From the human T2T-CHM13v2.0 reference genome, Homo sapiens: 64,000 nt of DNA. How positions within the stretch are numbered: the stretch's first letter is position 1; every line of letters starts with the position of its first letter. The DNA is taken from NCBI RefSeq assembly GCF_009914755.1, contig NC_060929.1. One strand, written 5' to 3'. The position numbers were made by a program, and so were the translations under genes. The notes below the pieces were generated by a model. That model was not told the DNA's origin, searched no databases, and saw only the letters and a list, made by a program, of their open reading frames with translations. Positions 60,716-64,000 of the stretch are shown here, piece by piece.

Positions 60716-62324
60716 GGAAAGAGTCCTGTCTCAGCTCTTTAATACTCCAGTTCTTTCAGAGTAAGTACATGCAAAATTTTTCCCATATACACACCCATAT
60801 ATTGTAGATATACAACACCAACGTGTGAACTAATCCGAGTAGATTCCAGAAGTAGCCTGGCACTCCCCCTTCTGCCAGTTCAGCTCTTTTGCTACCCTTC
60901 ACTCCCACATCAGCACCAGACCAGACCCTCTTACTCCTAGGTTGTGCTTAATATCATAGACCCCATTCCTGCAAAACTGACATCAATCAGAAAAGCCTAG
61001 CCACAAGACATGGTTTACATCCTTGGACCTTTCTTGTTTCATTCAACAAGCTTCTATGGCAATATACAGGATCCAAATGCAAATGGATATGTTATAAGGG
61101 AAGAAGGGTGAGTCATAACTGCTTCAACCAATGGCCTCTAAGCCCCAGAACCTTGAGCAGCCAAAAACTTTTTTGTAATATGCAATTTAACAATGTCATC
61201 CATAGTTATAACATTAAGCTTTATAAAAATTGAATGATATAGATGATTTTACACTGGTGTGCTGAGCTGAAGAAGAAATTTTTCCAAGATCAAGAACTAA
61301 AATAGTTTTTGATTGCTTTAGTATACTTGGAACACAATATCTCACCTTATCACCTCCATGCATTGTTTTGACCAAAGGTTACATTGTGGAGATCATGCTT
61401 ACTCTTAGGTTCTGAAAGACCTGGATCTACCTGAGGACCAAAAAAGTGAACACGTTTGCTTTCAAGGACCTGCAAGTTTAAAAAGAAAGCATCTCACCTC
61501 CAACAGTAGTTGGTAAATTAGAGTTGGTGGATGATAGCAGCTACCAAGTAAGAAAACAGAACGATGGAAGATGGCTTATATCCGTAGTTTCTGTCAACAG
61601 TGCAAGTAGAAGTTTCCATTTTTGTGCAAATACGGGAAGATAATGCTTATTATAAATTAACAAACAACATGCATGCAAAGGAGTTCTTCTACCAGCGTAC
61701 ACTTTAAATATACCTGGAGAGCCTACTGTCTATCCTGCTTTTTCTTTTACTTGTGGACGAACTATACTCTTGTGTTAATATCCTCCTTATACACCATTGT
61801 TTTGATGGGTATCCTAAAGAAGAGATGGAGAAAAGTAGAGGTACATAGCTAAGAAGTCCTCTCTCAAAGCAGGTTTAAAAATTAATTTCTTATCATATAG
61901 ACCCTTTCATTATAGTTTATTTTTACATTCACAGATTGAGATTAATACTTGGGAACTATCATAGGGGGATTAAAATAACAATTTTGGGAATCCTGGCCAT
62001 TTTACTCTCATATTGTTTGACTCTGACTGGTTTGCATTTGCTTACTTATGAGGCAAGGAGAGAAAAGGGTAGCATCAGTCTGCCTTTAGGTTCATTTCTC
62101 CCAGTGGCCAACATGGAATATCTGTATCCACATTTGGATGTTAATATGATCTGTGTTGTTATTTTAAGTTTTATGTACATTAAATAGCAATCCCAATTTT
62201 TCAGTTCAATGTCTACTACCCTTCAACTACCAAATACTGAGCTCTTGCTAAAAACTGGAATCTCATCTACATGGTTTAAATATGTTATAACAAAGCAACT
62301 TGCAAGTATTTTATAAAGTGAAAT

Positions 62325-62410
62325 CATAGCAGCCATTTTATACTTGAGGAAACTGAGAGTTTAAGTGGCTTATCCAAATACATGCATCTGGTAAATGCAA
62401 CTGGGCTGAA
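62325..62410 (-). mobile_element. MIR fragment
   Basis: 'ccattttatacttgaggaaactgagagtttaagtggcttatccaa'. Confidence 0.7.
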
Positions 62411-62451
62411 CAACAAAGGAACTTTCTTTTATCCTAGACTGATGAGTATTT

Positions 62452-62680
62452 GTGGCTGATTATCTCAGCCGGTTAGAGGTTAAAGTTCAGTGTTAATGAG
62501 GTCAAAGTCATAAATGTGAACTTTAAGTGGAGGATTTCCCTTGATTCATAAGTGCAAGTTCAACATTTAACCCTAGCCAGTCACAAGGAACAGTGCATGG
62601 CTCAATATAAATCCATCACCAGTGCTGGAAGCAATACTCAGAAAACACGTTTCTTGTTAAATAGCCAAAGTCATCTTCTT
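62452..62680 (+). mobile_element. Ancient tRNA-derived SINE (MamSINE1-like)
   Basis: tRNA-like head 'ggctgattatctcagccggttagag...gtgttaatgaggtcaaagtcat', then the body 'taaccctagccag..aaatccatcaccagtgctggaa'. Confidence 0.65.
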
Positions 62681-63339
62681 TTTACAAAACAATAATAAGT
62701 TAAACTTACTTTAGTTTATTTAAGCTAGGAAGTCATCTATAGTTTTTAATTTAAAAGCCAGGCAATGGGAAAAGGAAAATCAGAGAATGGTTCAGCTGGA
62801 TGACACTAGTGGGTCTCTCTCTCATACATCCCTTCATTTGGCAGAGAAAAGAACAAATTAAAATTCATGAGTAGGGATTATTGTGTTATTTTCATGAAGT
62901 TTCTAAGCCAGAGACAGACAGCAGAAAATAGAAGTCAATTTTCTAATACCCAGTTTATGATTTTTCTACCAAACTTAGAAGGAATGCATTGTGGCCTCAA
63001 GCCTGAAAGAAATGATTTGCTGGCCACCTACTGAATGTGAAGAGCACATAGCTAACCTAGCTTTACATATGAAAGGATGGAGTTTATTGTTTCCCATAGG
63101 AAATGGAAAGTTCTGCTATAATCCTTTCTCAATTCCTAGTGAAATTTTCTACTTTTCCCTTAAGCTTATGGAATTTTACATTGAAAATTTTTCTTTGCTT
63201 TGTTAGTTTCCCTTTTCTTCTTCTCCAAATTCTAAATTATAGCATTATCTATAAACAATAACCCCAATATTGTCTTTCATCTATAAAACACTAACCAGTC
63301 TCTTTCAAAGAATGAGTATTGCTAAAGAATCATGCATGT

Positions 63340-64000
63340 GGACTTCTGGTTCCAAAATGGAGGCACAGAAGCAAGCTGGCTTCACTGTCCCCAGCAGAAA
63401 ACCAAAAATAAAAATATAGTGCTGGGATTATCACTAGCATATCCCAGAACTCAAACATGAGAATGAAATACTTCCTGTGGTCACAGAGAAGTATAAAAAA
63501 ACAAACAAAACTCTGAGTAGATGGTAAGAGAATCAGATTTCTACAACAGTGATGTCCCTCCCAACATTCTGCCCAGCATCAAATGCACACAAAATTTCCT
63601 CTCAGCTCATAATTTCTACACTGGAAAAAGTGAGATTGAGGTGGACAGAAAACTTGCCCTCCAGTTTGGTTTCCCTGGCAGGCGACCTGTCCTCACCTTA
63701 CTCCATAGGAAACCAAATGAGTGCCTGAAGGGAGAAATATCCCTGAGATCAAGCAAAGACCAAGGAGGGAGGTGGGACTACTGTCACCAGTCTTGGAAAC
63801 TATGCTCTGGAACACAGCCAAAGGAGACACCAAATGGGAGTGGCTGTCCTGCAGCATCATGCTGTAGAGGATTCATGCCACAGGGTCCCTGTGCAGGAAT
63901 CCCTAGCCAGCCTTCCCACACTACCAAAATACCCCATTTGCAACAATTCTCACTGGGGAAGAGCAACACTCTGTTTATAGAGCCATTATAAACCCGGGCT
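63340..64000 (+). mobile_element. 5'UTR of an old L1 (L1M1/L1M2/L1MA-type), running off the window
   Basis: 'ggacttctggttccaaaatggaggc' YY1-type L1 start followed by an L1M-like 5'UTR. Confidence 0.7.

Noticed and set aside
62452-62535. Functional tRNA gene
   Set aside because: The B-box and cloverleaf are degenerate and the sequence continues into a SINE body.

Overview
This is primate genomic DNA, almost certainly human or another hominoid (AluY/S/J, L1PA3-5, MLT/MST/MER LTRs, MIR, L2), not microbial. It is AT-rich and repeat-dense, looks intronic or intergenic, and contains no cellular protein-coding gene, rRNA, functional tRNA or CRISPR array that I can recognise. The dominant features are a full-length inactivated L1PA3-type LINE-1 with target-site duplications (28239-34295) and a full-length L1PA5-type element (39881-46597). 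There is also a near-full-length ancient L1M (about 50860-57640), about 13 Alus, several solo LTRs and many MIR/L2 relics. Three structures stand out. (1) The L1PA5 appears to have been invaded by a younger, internally deleted (possibly spliced) L1 carrying a 3' transduction. (2) A ~100-bp patchwork of locally templated insertions sits inside an MLT1 LTR at ~26.1 kb. (3) Two minus-strand exon-like segments lie downstream of the two L1 antisense promoters. Subfamily names come from recalled consensus diagnostics, not a database search, and boundaries of old repeats are approximate.
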